Source: Bdellovibrionales bacterium (lineage in GTDB: Bacteria; Bdellovibrionota; UBA1018). From it: a stretch of DNA of 64,000 nucleotides. The first letter of the stretch is position 1; each line of letters begins with the position of its first letter. This document shows, piece after piece, positions 7,510 through 16,123 of this stretch. Made by a program: the position numbers and the translations under genes. Where the stretch lies: the NCBI GenBank assembly GCA_947380295.1, contig CANCQK010000011.1, positions 27,975-91,974 on the forward strand, in the 5' to 3' direction. The notes below the pieces were generated by a model, which did no database searches, was not told the DNA's origin, and was given only the letters and a program-made list of their open reading frames with translations.

Positions 7510-10305
7510 ATGGCACAGCACTCCGCTTACTTACGCAATTCTCAGAAGCCTCTCATCTTATTCCCTCTGCTCCTTGCAGTGCTTGCGCCCAACCTAGCGC
7601 AAGCCGAGCTGAGCTACCTCGATCTCAAAGGCATCGACGCGCTTGTAGATCACCCGGGTGCATCGCCGGTTTATGGCTACACTGCTTTAAAAACGGTCCT
7701 TGAGAATCGGCGGTTTTTTGGGAATTACGGGTCTAAAGCTGCGGCACACGGATGTATGGACGGGGCGAGCGCAATTCGCGATCACTTAGTGAAGAATCAC
7801 GACTGCCCACAAGACTTTACGTCGGAGTGGTTGCAGCGCTTATTCCCGTCCCAAGATGGGGTGAATTTCGTAGCAAATCAGGTTGATTCTGACCCGATCT
7901 CACATCTGCGGCCTGAGTTGATTGGCAAGCTTTTGCAGCGCATCCATGATGTGCCCGAAGGAGATTGGAAAGACCCTCAGACCGGTCAAACGCTCGAAGC
8001 TGATCTGATGATGGATCTCTTTCTTGATCTCAACCCGTCTGGATATGCGGATTGGATTAAGCGCCAGCGCAAGGAGCTAGGACGGTTGACCACGGAGAGA
8101 AATACGGCAGAAAAGAAAAGTCGAAGCGAAAAGTGCTCAGTCGAGGAAAGGGCGATTCTCTCTCAGCAAGCACAAGAGTTGAGTTCAAAAGTGGCGATGA
8201 TTGAGGCTTTTTTGGGTCGGACTTCCACACCCGTATCGGAACGGGTGAGAGTCAGTGCTCCCACCGATTTAGATGCGTCAGATGTCGGGTCGGAAAACGG
8301 GCGTAACTCCCCAGGCTCAGCTGCTAGTGAATCTCGCACTAAAGGTGTCGGTAAAGAAGCTGATTTTCGCAGCATCGCTCAAATGCTCGTTGGAGCGCTT
8401 AAGGAGTCCCGCTTGGGTACATCACCCAAGTACCTGCCTGAACAAGCGCTCCTGGCGTTTTTCATTCAGAAGAAGGCGAATTCTAAGACAGATCTCATCG
8501 AACTCTTCAAAGGGATGCCAAAACTCATTCGTAAAGATTCTAGCGCCGCTGATTTCTTGAGCAACCCAGAAAAGCAAGATGCCTTTTTCAAAGACCAGTG
8601 GAAACGCTCAGATTACCACCCTGAAATTCTCCAAATTAACCCAGCTGGCGCAGCCGCTGAATTTGCCGTCCATCCTGAGCTACTGGTTTTTTCAGTGATG
8701 GAAGAAAAACTCAAAGCTAAAGCGATACCCCCAATTCTGTCTTTCGGCTCGGCTAAGCACGACAGCCTGGGTGGTGGCACTTACCCCGACTGTGGAGAGA
8801 CGTCGTTAAGGAATTTTTTTAACATTGCGATTTATAATCCAAAAACAGGCAAGTTCGACGCGGGAGCGCTGACGCGTCTTAGCGCCGATCATCCTGAACT
8901 CAGAATTTCCCCCAGTCTCACATCTTTCTACCAAATCCACTCAGACCCTGCCTCGGCGAGTAACCAAGCGGTGCGAGACGCGTGGAGCGAGACGGTAGTT
9001 TCCCGGCATGCCGAGGTGAATTACATCAAGCCTTCTGCCGCCCCTCAATGCGAGATCAACGCTGGAGTGGATAATATGATGAGTGTGATCGATCCTTTGC
9101 TGTTTAGTGGACAGGGCAAACTCAAGATCGCTGCATTGCGATCCGAAAAAATCGACCTACTCTGCCAAATGCTCTCGCAAGAGGGTAAAATTCTGAGCTG
9201 GAGCGTGGAGGGAGCTAAGGACGAGAGCGAAGCCAAATCTAAGCTCAACGCAAATAACACAGGCATTCATATCCAATTTAAGATCAATAGCGTACCCGCA
9301 TTCTCCTGGGATTTTATGGGAGGGCATTTTTCAGTGCGAGACCTCACCGGTGTCAAAGATTCCTGGAAAAACTTAGTGGGCCAAGAGTTAGCTAAAAATG
9401 TGGCTACGAGTGCTCCTGGCAAAGTTCCTGCGCTACTTACCTGGTTCGGAAGCGGAAATGTGGTGGATGTGGTGGCAAGCACTCACTCAGTTGACCCTCA
9501 CCTGCGCGAACAACTGATCTATGCCCTACCTCTTTCCAACAACGATGGAAGGTTGGAGGGGTTTAGAAAAGTAGTGTCAAGCCCACTGGAGCAGGCTAGG
9601 GCTTTAAAACCCCTGGTGGATCGAATCCGAGCAAAATTACCCGAAGAAGCCGATCATCAAACCAAGCAGCAAATTTACGCCGCCCTCGCTGATGCGAATA
9701 ACCCTTATGAGGGCGACACCATTCATGCGTTGAGCAAACCCGATGCGGTGTACACCCGCGTCTCCCCCGAGAAGCTTGCTGAAAGATACGGACTTAACGC
9801 CGCCAAGAACATGGGCCGGAGCTGGAGTCGCGAGATGTTTGGGCGGCAGCTCATCATCGGTGAGCCGCTATTGGGCGAGAGCGGGCAAGAGTTGCAAAAG
9901 AACTTCGATGATGCTCGAGAAGCGTGCATCAGTCTCAACCCTTTCGAGCAACGAAAGGCTGTGAGAGAGGCGCTTCAAAAACGTGAAGCCGCGTTAGATG
10001 CTGCTCGAAAAGCTAGACCCAATGATTTAGAACAGAAAATCGCAGTGATTCATAGCGCCAACCCTATCCCAGGGGTCTACCTCATGAGCAAAGAGCAGTG
10101 GGGTGTGATTGAATGCGATTTAGGGTACCGTGAACAGAAATATGTCCCGCAGATTTTACCAAAGTTGAAGAACAGATTTTTTTGGTCGGCGTCGGGTCGT
10201 CCTCAAAGCGAATTTGGCGCCTTTCTCTTCGATGGTGGTCGTGGCGACGTCGGGGACAACGGCCGTGGCAACGTCAGATCGGTCCGGTGTGTAGTGGGCG
10301 GCTAG
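7510..10305 (+). CDS. large secreted multidomain protein (931 aa) with a DUF1566/Lcl-like C-terminal domain
   Basis: ATG start with signal peptide LILFPLLLAVLAPNLAQA|AE. A low-complexity or coiled middle region spans roughly aa 190-280. A YPDCGETSLRNFFN motif is followed by GGHFSV. The C-terminus FWSAS...FLFDGGRGDV...SVRCVVGG matches the DUF1566 pattern also seen at 35870 and 48988. Confidence 0.8.
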   Translation: MAQHSAYLRNSQKPLILFPLLLAVLAPNLAQAELSYLDLKGIDALVDHPGASPVYGYTALKTVLENRRFFGNYGSKAAAHGCMDGASAIRDHLVKNHDCPQDFTSEWLQRLFPSQDGVNFVANQVDSDPISHLRPELIGKLLQRIHDVPEGDWKDPQTGQTLEADLMMDLFLDLNPSGYADWIKRQRKELGRLTTERNTAEKKSRSEKCSVEERAILSQQAQELSSKVAMIEAFLGRTSTPVSERVRVSAPTDLDASDVGSENGRNSPGSAASESRTKGVGKEADFRSIAQMLVGALKESRLGTSPKYLPEQALLAFFIQKKANSKTDLIELFKGMPKLIRKDSSAADFLSNPEKQDAFFKDQWKRSDYHPEILQINPAGAAAEFAVHPELLVFSVMEEKLKAKAIPPILSFGSAKHDSLGGGTYPDCGETSLRNFFNIAIYNPKTGKFDAGALTRLSADHPELRISPSLTSFYQIHSDPASASNQAVRDAWSETVVSRHAEVNYIKPSAAPQCEINAGVDNMMSVIDPLLFSGQGKLKIAALRSEKIDLLCQMLSQEGKILSWSVEGAKDESEAKSKLNANNTGIHIQFKINSVPAFSWDFMGGHFSVRDLTGVKDSWKNLVGQELAKNVATSAPGKVPALLTWFGSGNVVDVVASTHSVDPHLREQLIYALPLSNNDGRLEGFRKVVSSPLEQARALKPLVDRIRAKLPEEADHQTKQQIYAALADANNPYEGDTIHALSKPDAVYTRVSPEKLAERYGLNAAKNMGRSWSREMFGRQLIIGEPLLGESGQELQKNFDDAREACISLNPFEQRKAVREALQKREAALDAARKARPNDLEQKIAVIHSANPIPGVYLMSKEQWGVIECDLGYREQKYVPQILPKLKNRFFWSASGRPQSEFGAFLFDGGRGDVGDNGRGNVRSVRCVVGG

Positions 10306-10543
10306 GCGTGGGTTGGCGGGTTTCTGAGAAGCACGGGAAAAAACGAACTCCATAATGAGTCTTATTTTAGAGATACTAACGCTAAAATGCTACAAAAGTC
10401 GGTTTTCTCCAAAACTAGACTGTAGTTTTTGAATGAGTAGGCTCTATTTGTTGAGGCTTAGCGGAGCGTTAGATCGGGCACATTGAGTTCAACCGGCGAC
10501 TAAAGAACGTTGCCGGGCAATAATAAATAGATAAACTGAGATC

Positions 10544-10789
10544 ATGACTCAATTCTGGACACTTCGTTCTTGGATCATTCGTGTATGTCAGGTCATAGTC
10601 TTGGTTGCCATTGTCCCTCACCGTCTAGCGCACGCCGAGCTTAGCTACCTCGATCTCAAAGGCATCGACGCGCTGGTGGATCATCCAGGCGCGTCGCCGG
10701 TTTATGGCTATAACGCTTTAAAAACGGGGTTCTGGCACAGGTGGCACAGGCAGGTCGCACAGGGTGGCACAGGGACGGAGCCAATTTAG
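10544..10789 (+). pseudogene. 5' fragment of a paralog of the 7510-10305 gene, truncated by the RAYT element
   Basis: It encodes a signal peptide followed by AELSYLDLKGIDALVDHPGASPVYGYNALKT. Nucleotides 10634-10727 match 7603-7696 at 85/94 positions. Homology stops at 10727 and the reading frame then runs into GGCACAGG repeats and a stop. Confidence 0.7.
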
Positions 10790-10860
10790 GTCTCGTGTTC
10801 AGGGTGGCACAGGGACGGAGCCAATTTAGGTCTCGTGTTCAGCACTTAGTCAACTCGGCG
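10733..10860. repeat. REP-like array: GGCACAGG iterations plus two perfect tandem 40-bp units
   Basis: The unit AGGGTGGCACAGGGACGGAGCCAATTTAGGTCTCGTGTTC occurs at 10761-10800 and 10801-10840. The related GCACAGGGACGGAGCCAATTTAG units recur at 56131-56260. Confidence 0.85.
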
Positions 10861-11084
10861 TTCTAAATTCGGTTTGTATCAACTTTTTAGGCAAATGAGT
10901 CGGCTGAAGAAGCGAGAATTCGGCAGGCGGGATCTGCTTTATTCTGGGGAAGTCTCCGATTCTTGGGTTTTTTGTGAAAAGGGTCGCAATCTTGATTTGA
11001 TTTGATCAGATTTGAGCGCACTCAGCCCTGCCCCGATCTGGAACCGAGGAAAAGTAAACGGGGTTGAGTTTCGAGCCGGACCAC

Positions 11085-11804
11085 TTAGGTCGGTGAAGCT
11101 CGGGCAATGGCTAAATTTTTTGCGTAAAGCTGTTCCTTCAGATGGGTTTCCATTTTTCTGACCCACACAGCATCACCTATGAAGTGACTTAAGAACTGAG
11201 TCCAGCTGACAGTAAATTGTTCAAGGTATTTGCGAAAGAGGACCCGATAAGCTCGCCGCCTCTCTTCGGGGGTGTTTCCTAGATCTACGTACCATTGAGG
11301 TGGAGTGAGGTGTTTGGTCCACTCATCGACTATTCCATAGGCGTAGAATCGGTAGGAGTTCCAGAAGAAGTATCTGAGTTTCTCGAGTTTTACCATTCCA
11401 GCACGGATGGGGTTTGCTTCGATGTAAAAATGAACCCGCATTGCCGCTGCGATGCCTCCAATCAGAGGAGTTTTTGGGCGTTCATTGGCGACTTTGCCCG
11501 AGCGCTTAAAGACTCGATTGAAGCGCATTCCAAAAGTGCCGTGAGCAACTCGCATGAAATGAGAAAGCTTGGATGCTCCATTTTGGTAACTCATTTGTTG
11601 GTGAACATGGTTGCTCATGAGGCAGAATGAGTGGATCTGGACCGAGTTGTCTGATCTCCGGTGTTTAAGGCCGTAAATCAGACTCTGAAAGAACAATTCT
11701 TTTGCCCCGCTCTGCTCGAGTAGGTAGGCACTGTCGTGACACTTCCAAAATAAGTGAACCATTCCTGTAGGTTGAGATAAAACTTGATAACGGGATACAC
11801 GCAT
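11085..11804 (-). CDS. REP-associated tyrosine transposase / IS200-like HUH (Y1) transposase
   Basis: 239 aa. HUH motif in LMSNHVHQQM. A Tyr-containing helix HFYIEANPIRAGMV followed by WNSYRFY is typical of the COG1943/RAYT family. The protein is about 95% identical to the ORF at 56483-57202. Confidence 0.85.
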   Translation of the reverse strand: MRVSRYQVLSQPTGMVHLFWKCHDSAYLLEQSGAKELFFQSLIYGLKHRRSDNSVQIHSFCLMSNHVHQQMSYQNGASKLSHFMRVAHGTFGMRFNRVFKRSGKVANERPKTPLIGGIAAAMRVHFYIEANPIRAGMVKLEKLRYFFWNSYRFYAYGIVDEWTKHLTPPQWYVDLGNTPEERRRAYRVLFRKYLEQFTVSWTQFLSHFIGDAVWVRKMETHLKEQLYAKNLAIARASPT

Positions 11805-11828
11805 AGTGCGCAGATCAGGTGAAAGAAG

Positions 11829-11893
11829 TGCGCCAATTCAAGCTCCGTCCCTCTTGTCTCCCCCCGTCTCTTTTCCCCTTGTCTCTTTTTTAC
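11829..11893. repeat. right-flank REP-like sequence (inverted relative to the left array) plus GTCTC-rich iterations
   Basis: CAAGCTCCGTCCCTC (11839-11853) contains GCTCCGTCCCT, the reverse complement of AGGGACGGAGC in the left array. It is followed by TTGTCTCCCCCCGTCTCTTTTCCCCTTGTCTC. Confidence 0.7.
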
Positions 11894-11998
11894 GGCTTCT
11901 ACCTCGACGGCGTTGCCGATGACGTCAACTTCGAGTTCGGCCGCAACCACACCGGCTCATCTGTTCGGTGCGGGGCCGCAGCGCGGGAACCGAAGTAG
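11894..11998 (+). pseudogene. 3' remnant of a DUF1566-like gene, probably the tail of the gene truncated at 10727
   Basis: The frame translates GFYLDGVADDVNFEFGRNHTGSSVRCGAAAREPK*. This aligns with the C-termini AFLFDGGRGDVGDNGRGNVRSVRCVVGG (10305) and AFNFIGSEGYIYHDNRGSIESVRCVVGG (50355). Confidence 0.5.
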
Positions 11999-12066
11999 TA
12001 GCGTAGGTTTCGTCGGCCCAGCGGGTTGTCGAGCGCATGGATGCGCGCTGTACCTTTTGACTGCGT

Positions 12067-12555
12067 TCAGTTTCTTGTGAGGGGCGGCTGCCTGATTTCC
12101 GTTGCGCGCCGCCCGGTTTTCTTTTTGTTAGGTTCAGGGTAGGGAATGCCCTTTTGCTCGAATTTCTTCCTCCAGTGGGACTCCACTTCCTTTTTCGCTA
12201 AGTCGCTGTCCCGGAGAAATAGGTATGGGTCAAAGCCACAATTTTTACAATAAATGCTGGCTCTGGCTCGGGTTCGATAAATGACTTCAAAAATGCACCA
12301 AAAGGGGATAAAAGAAACCAAACCTTTCCACTCAAAAAGCGTCCAAGTCAACAGAGTAAAGAACGCCGAGGTGAGCAGAACCTGTGCAAAATGCCTGGGT
12401 TGCGGTGTGGGGTGGGTTGGGACTTTTCGTTCAAGTCGGCAAAGAGGGCAGATAAATCCCCAGCCTTGATCGCGACGGTCAGCCTTCCAAAGGCTTTTGA
12501 GTTGAGTGATTTCACCCGGGGTGAAAATGTCTTGGAGATGAGTGCGGTTCATTTT
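12067..12555 (-). CDS. hypothetical membrane protein with two CxxC pairs (zinc-ribbon-like)
   Basis: The start is taken at MNRTHLQD, because the longer ORF would overlap the divergent gene. It has CPLC and CKNC pairs flanking hydrophobic segments FAQVLLTSAFFTLLTWTLF and LVSFIPFWCIFEVI, and a basic C-terminal tail. Confidence 0.55.
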   Translation of the reverse strand, partial: KMNRTHLQDIFTPGEITQLKSLWKADRRDQGWGFICPLCRLERKVPTHPTPQPRHFAQVLLTSAFFTLLTWTLFEWKGLVSFIPFWCIFEVIYRTRARASIYCKNCGFDPYLFLRDSDLAKKEVESHWRKKFEQKGIPYPEPNKKKTGRRATEIRQPPLTRN

Positions 12556-12625
12556 GAGCTCCGTAATTACTCCCTGTAAAAAACTGATTGTAATTAAATT
12601 AATATAACATAAAAATGGAATTAAA

Positions 12626-13903
12626 ATGACCATCTCTCAAATGAACTCGTTTCCCCCTGCGTGGCTTTGGCTAGTTGATGAGGCGATCCCAAAGTGGGTA
12701 AAAAAGTCCTACAGTCCCAAAGAGTCTTGGAAAGACAAACCTTTTACTCTCGATGATGCAAAGTTCTTTTTTAAAGGCGTGGAGGAGCTTTCTGAGCTTT
12801 TTACGGATGAACGCCCCAAAGGGATGCCTCAGTACTTTTTGCATCCCCGGTATCGCTCCGGCTATTTGCTGTACTTTTTGCCACTCCAGGCGGCCAAGTT
12901 TTTAACTCTTTTTCAAATGCACTCGAAAGCGATTGAGTCTGCGCTGCAGTTTGCTCGTCAAGAAGGAGTGCTTCGGATTGCTGACTTAGGTGCAGGCCCG
13001 GGTACAGCATCGTTGAGTCTACTTTTAGTTCTGCTGAATCAAAAATTGGCTGCGGGGGAGGAACTTCCTCCAGTCGAGCTCCACTGGTTTGATACCAATC
13101 TCAGCGTCATGAAAGATGGTCAGTTTCTGGTCGAAGAGCTAGCCAATAGTTTCCCTAAACTCAGAGGTAAAATTCAGTTGTTTCTCAATGAGTTACCCTG
13201 GTGGAAGGCTCCTTCGAAGTTACCGAAGAGCTTGGCTCTGACCGTGATGGGGCACATTCTCAATGAATCGACTGCACCACAAGGTGAAGTCGATGGATTT
13301 TGGGAAGAGATCGTCCTGAGGTCAAAAGGTGGAGGATTACTCTTGGTTGAGCCTGCCTCGCGACGGCCTTCCCAGGTCTTGTCCTCCTTAAGGGACGAGT
13401 TTCTTGCATCAGGTTTGATTGAGAACACTCCTGCTCGGATTTGGGGGCCCTGCTTACATTCGGGCGCATGTCCAATGGCTGAGGGGCGCGATTGGTGCCA
13501 TTTTTCAGTCCCAGTTCAGATTCCCGGGAAATGGTTTCGCGGATTTTCTGAGGGCTTAGGTTCTGAACGCCATTGGCTAAAGTACTCTTACCTTTGGTTG
13601 GCTTCTGAAGGCTTTCAGGCACCCGTTGTTGCTAATCATCTCCGCCGTGTGATTAGTGATGCTCTCGGGCGCGGGCCTCGGCCTGAAGTGTTGATTTGTG
13701 AACCTGAAGTGGCTGGACGTTGGAATGTACCTACTTATGGTCCTGCGGAGAGAGCCACGGTTAAACGGGGAGATGTCATTTCGGTTCGCCCATCGAGTCC
13801 GGAGAGGCCAGTTCGAGAAAGTCGAGGGCCTTTAAAATCGCGTGAAAAGCCCAAAGGCTTTAAAGTGTCCGAGAAACGGCCACGTCCTAAAAACTCTCGC
13901 TAG
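12626..13903 (+). CDS. class I SAM-dependent methyltransferase, Rsm22-like
   Basis: SAM motif I is LRIADLGAGPGTASL. The downstream Cys cluster GPCLHSGACPMAEGRDWCHFSV is typical of the Rsm22 family. The C-terminal tail is basic. Confidence 0.65.
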   Translation: MTISQMNSFPPAWLWLVDEAIPKWVKKSYSPKESWKDKPFTLDDAKFFFKGVEELSELFTDERPKGMPQYFLHPRYRSGYLLYFLPLQAAKFLTLFQMHSKAIESALQFARQEGVLRIADLGAGPGTASLSLLLVLLNQKLAAGEELPPVELHWFDTNLSVMKDGQFLVEELANSFPKLRGKIQLFLNELPWWKAPSKLPKSLALTVMGHILNESTAPQGEVDGFWEEIVLRSKGGGLLLVEPASRRPSQVLSSLRDEFLASGLIENTPARIWGPCLHSGACPMAEGRDWCHFSVPVQIPGKWFRGFSEGLGSERHWLKYSYLWLASEGFQAPVVANHLRRVISDALGRGPRPEVLICEPEVAGRWNVPTYGPAERATVKRGDVISVRPSSPERPVRESRGPLKSREKPKGFKVSEKRPRPKNSR

Positions 13904-13956
13904 CGGCGCTGGTTTGGGCTTGACATCAGGTTTCCAAAACAGATAAATCTGCGTGC

Positions 13957-14442
13957 ATGTCCGTAAATAAAGTGATTTTAGTTGGTCGTCTAGGGCAAAA
14001 CCCGGAGGTGAAATACACCCCTGCGGGCGCGCCTGTTGCTAATTTTAGCGTTGCCACAAGTGAAAGCTGGACTGATAAATCCGGTCAAAAGCAGGAAAAA
14101 ACTGAATGGCACCGAATTGTGGTTTGGGGCAAGTTGGCTGAGCTTTGTGGTCAATATTTGTCTAAAGGCCGTCAAGCCTACATTGAGGGGCGCCTTCAGA
14201 CCCGCCAGTGGCAGGATAAAGACGGACAAACTAAGTACACTACTGAAGTTTTGGCTCAGACCGTACAATTTCTAGGTGGAGCCACGGGCACTGCTGAGCG
14301 ATCCGCTCCGCGTGATGCTGGCTTTGATGCTCAGTCAACAGGAGGTGGGATGGGATCCTACGGTTCTCCTTCGATGGGTTTCCAGCCCAGTGGCCCATCT
14401 CACACTGAATCTTCTTTTACTGAAGACGATATCCCATTTTAA
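13957..14442 (+). CDS. ssb: single-stranded DNA-binding protein
   Basis: N-terminus [36 protein letters not shown] and [14 protein letters not shown] indicate the OB fold. A Gly-rich linker is followed by the acidic tail DDIPF. Confidence 0.96.
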   Translation: MSVNKVILVGRLGQNPEVKYTPAGAPVANFSVATSESWTDKSGQKQEKTEWHRIVVWGKLAELCGQYLSKGRQAYIEGRLQTRQWQDKDGQTKYTTEVLAQTVQFLGGATGTAERSAPRDAGFDAQSTGGGMGSYGSPSMGFQPSGPSHTESSFTEDDIPF

Positions 14443-14457
14443 TGAGAGACTAAACGA

Positions 14458-15189
14458 GTGCGTACTCTAATCGTTATACCAACATACAATGAAGCAGAAA
14501 ACGTAGGCCCGATCACTGAAGCGGTGCTTTCAGTGACCTCATCTGAGGTTTCGATCCTTGTCGTTGATGACGGTTCGCCAGATGGCACCGGACAGATAGC
14601 CGATGAAATTGCAAAGGCGAACCCTCGAGTCAACGTACTGCATCGGCCTAAAAAAATGGGGCTTGGGACTGCTTATGTCCACGGCTTCCGATGGGGTCTT
14701 GAGAAGGGATTTGACTCCCTGATTGAGATGGATGCAGACTTTTCGCATAATCCTCGATACCTCCCCCAAATGCTTGAGTTGCTCACTCGGCATGACGGCG
14801 TGATTGGATCTCGCTACGTGCCTGGTGGAGGAACTTTGAATTGGGGCTTGGGACGAAGAATCTTAAGTCGCTGTGGGAGTGTATACTCCCGAGTGATTCT
14901 AGGGGCTCCGATTCGGGATTTTACGGGAGGCTTCAATGGGTGGCGTGCCTCGCTTCTCAAGGGCGTTGACTTTCAAACTCTTAAGTCGGACGGTTATTCT
15001 TTTCAAATTGAGTTGAAATATCGGGCATTCTTGAACCGATATAGCTTGGTTGAGTTTCCGATCATTTTTGAGGACCGAAAAATCGGGAAATCGAAAATGA
15101 ATCGCCGAATCGTCATTGAAGCTCTCCTTCGAGTTTGGTCATTTCGAAAAACAGTAGCGCGTCAGGATGCAAAACGCGTCCTGACTTGA
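14458..15189 (+). CDS. GT2 polyprenol-phosphate mannosyl/glycosyl-transferase (Dpm1-like)
   Basis: The blocks IVIPTYNEAENV, VVDDGSPDGT, MDADFSHNP and GSRYVPGG are typical of dolichol/polyprenol-phosphate mannose synthases. The start codon is GTG. Confidence 0.85.
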   Translation: MRTLIVIPTYNEAENVGPITEAVLSVTSSEVSILVVDDGSPDGTGQIADEIAKANPRVNVLHRPKKMGLGTAYVHGFRWGLEKGFDSLIEMDADFSHNPRYLPQMLELLTRHDGVIGSRYVPGGGTLNWGLGRRILSRCGSVYSRVILGAPIRDFTGGFNGWRASLLKGVDFQTLKSDGYSFQIELKYRAFLNRYSLVEFPIIFEDRKIGKSKMNRRIVIEALLRVWSFRKTVARQDAKRVLT

Positions 15190-15222
15190 CAATCATACCT
15201 GGGGTTTTTTAAAATTAATTCA

Positions 15223-16113
15223 ATGAGCCCATTACGACTTCTTAGAGTCTTTGTCGGACTTATCCTGGTGTTCTCTGGTTCTCAAGGCTACGCGTCGGGC
15301 GATGGAACGACAGCTATTCTGGTCGATAAAAAGACCAATAATCTTCATGTCGTCCATTACGACTCTCAGCACTATAAAATCTTAAAGACTTATCATGCCA
15401 CTCTCGGGCAGGTGAAGGGTGATAAGGAACAGGAAAACGACTTAAAGACCCCAGAGGGGATTTACACGTTTAATTCGCTCCTTACCCCTCCTTCTCTTCA
15501 AAAGAAGTTTGGAGTCATGAGCTTTTATATGAACTTCCCGAATACTTTTGACCAACTTGCGGGTCGAACTGGTTCGGGGATCATGCTTCATGCCACGAAC
15601 GAGCCAGATCGATTGAAAAAGAACTACGATAGCCAAGGCTGCGTAGTAGTTAAAAACGAAGAAATTCAAGAGATTAAGTCTTATATTCGTTTAGGTTTGA
15701 CTCCGATCTTAATTTTTTCCGAGCTGACCGACGAATACCTCAATCCTGGATCTGACCCTAAGCTTGGCGAATTTTTCGATAGCTGGGTAAAAGTTTGGGA
15801 GACGAAAAATCTCGATCAGTACATGGATCACTACCACTCTGATTTTTCTGCTCAAGGCAGAAATAAGGCGGCTTGGAAGCAATACAAGGCTGATTTAAAT
15901 CGAAAGTATTCTTCCATCGAAATTCGTCCCGAGGATGTGAAAATTTATCGGCATCCAAAATATTCTGTGGTCACTTTTACCCAGAACTACCGGTCGAAAT
16001 TGAAAAACGGCGGATGGGGACATCGATCCCGCGGAACCAAGATCCTCTACATTGCCGAAGAAAATAATCAGTCAAAAATCATAGCTGAGACATTCACGCA
16101 ATTGATGTGGTAG
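15223..16113 (+). CDS. L,D-transpeptidase-fold protein (YafK-like) with an extra C-terminal domain
   Basis: It has a signal peptide. ILVDKKTNNLHVV...DLKTPEGIYTF and IMLHATNEP...SQGCVVVKNEEIQEI supply the YkuD His/Cys catalytic motif. Confidence 0.8.
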   Translation: MSPLRLLRVFVGLILVFSGSQGYASGDGTTAILVDKKTNNLHVVHYDSQHYKILKTYHATLGQVKGDKEQENDLKTPEGIYTFNSLLTPPSLQKKFGVMSFYMNFPNTFDQLAGRTGSGIMLHATNEPDRLKKNYDSQGCVVVKNEEIQEIKSYIRLGLTPILIFSELTDEYLNPGSDPKLGEFFDSWVKVWETKNLDQYMDHYHSDFSAQGRNKAAWKQYKADLNRKYSSIEIRPEDVKIYRHPKYSVVTFTQNYRSKLKNGGWGHRSRGTKILYIAEENNQSKIIAETFTQLMW

Positions 16114-16123
16114 ACTTTCCGTC

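Larger units (their letters stand above)
10728..11893 (-). mobile_element. RAYT/IS200-like element, copy 1 (transposase gene plus flanking REP-like arrays)
   Basis: It is bounded by the loss of paralog homology at 10727 and by resumption of a DUF1566-like reading frame at 11894. It has the same internal organisation as 56131-57300. Confidence 0.65.

Noticed and set aside
7365-7703. 112-aa ORF bridging the JmjC 3' end and the 5' end of the 931-aa gene.
   Set aside because: It is out of frame with both well-supported genes. Its translation is Cys/Arg-rich with low complexity, and the ATG at 7510 with a good signal peptide explains the region.
10282-10305. C-terminal ...VVGG considered as a ubiquitin-like di-glycine end or a GlyGly-CTERM sorting signal.
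   Set aside because: GlyGly-CTERM requires a following TM helix and basic tail, which are absent because the protein ends at GG. Ubiquitin-like proteins have a beta-grasp fold that is not evident here. DUF1566 domains normally terminate a few residues after the VRC motif, so this is most simply the end of the domain.
10761-10840. Tandem 40-bp repeats, together with the 56131-56260 units, considered as a possible CRISPR array.
   Set aside because: The units are contiguous or irregularly spaced with no unique spacers. Only 2-3 copies are present and there are no cas genes. They flank a RAYT gene in inverted orientation, so they are REP-type repeats.
12556-12633. Upstream extension of the Zn-ribbon membrane protein ORF to 12633 (VILIPFLCYINLITISFLQGVITELK...).
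   Set aside because: It would overlap the start of the divergent methyltransferase gene and reads through an AT-rich promoter-like spacer. The internal ATG at 12555 gives a sensible N-terminus.
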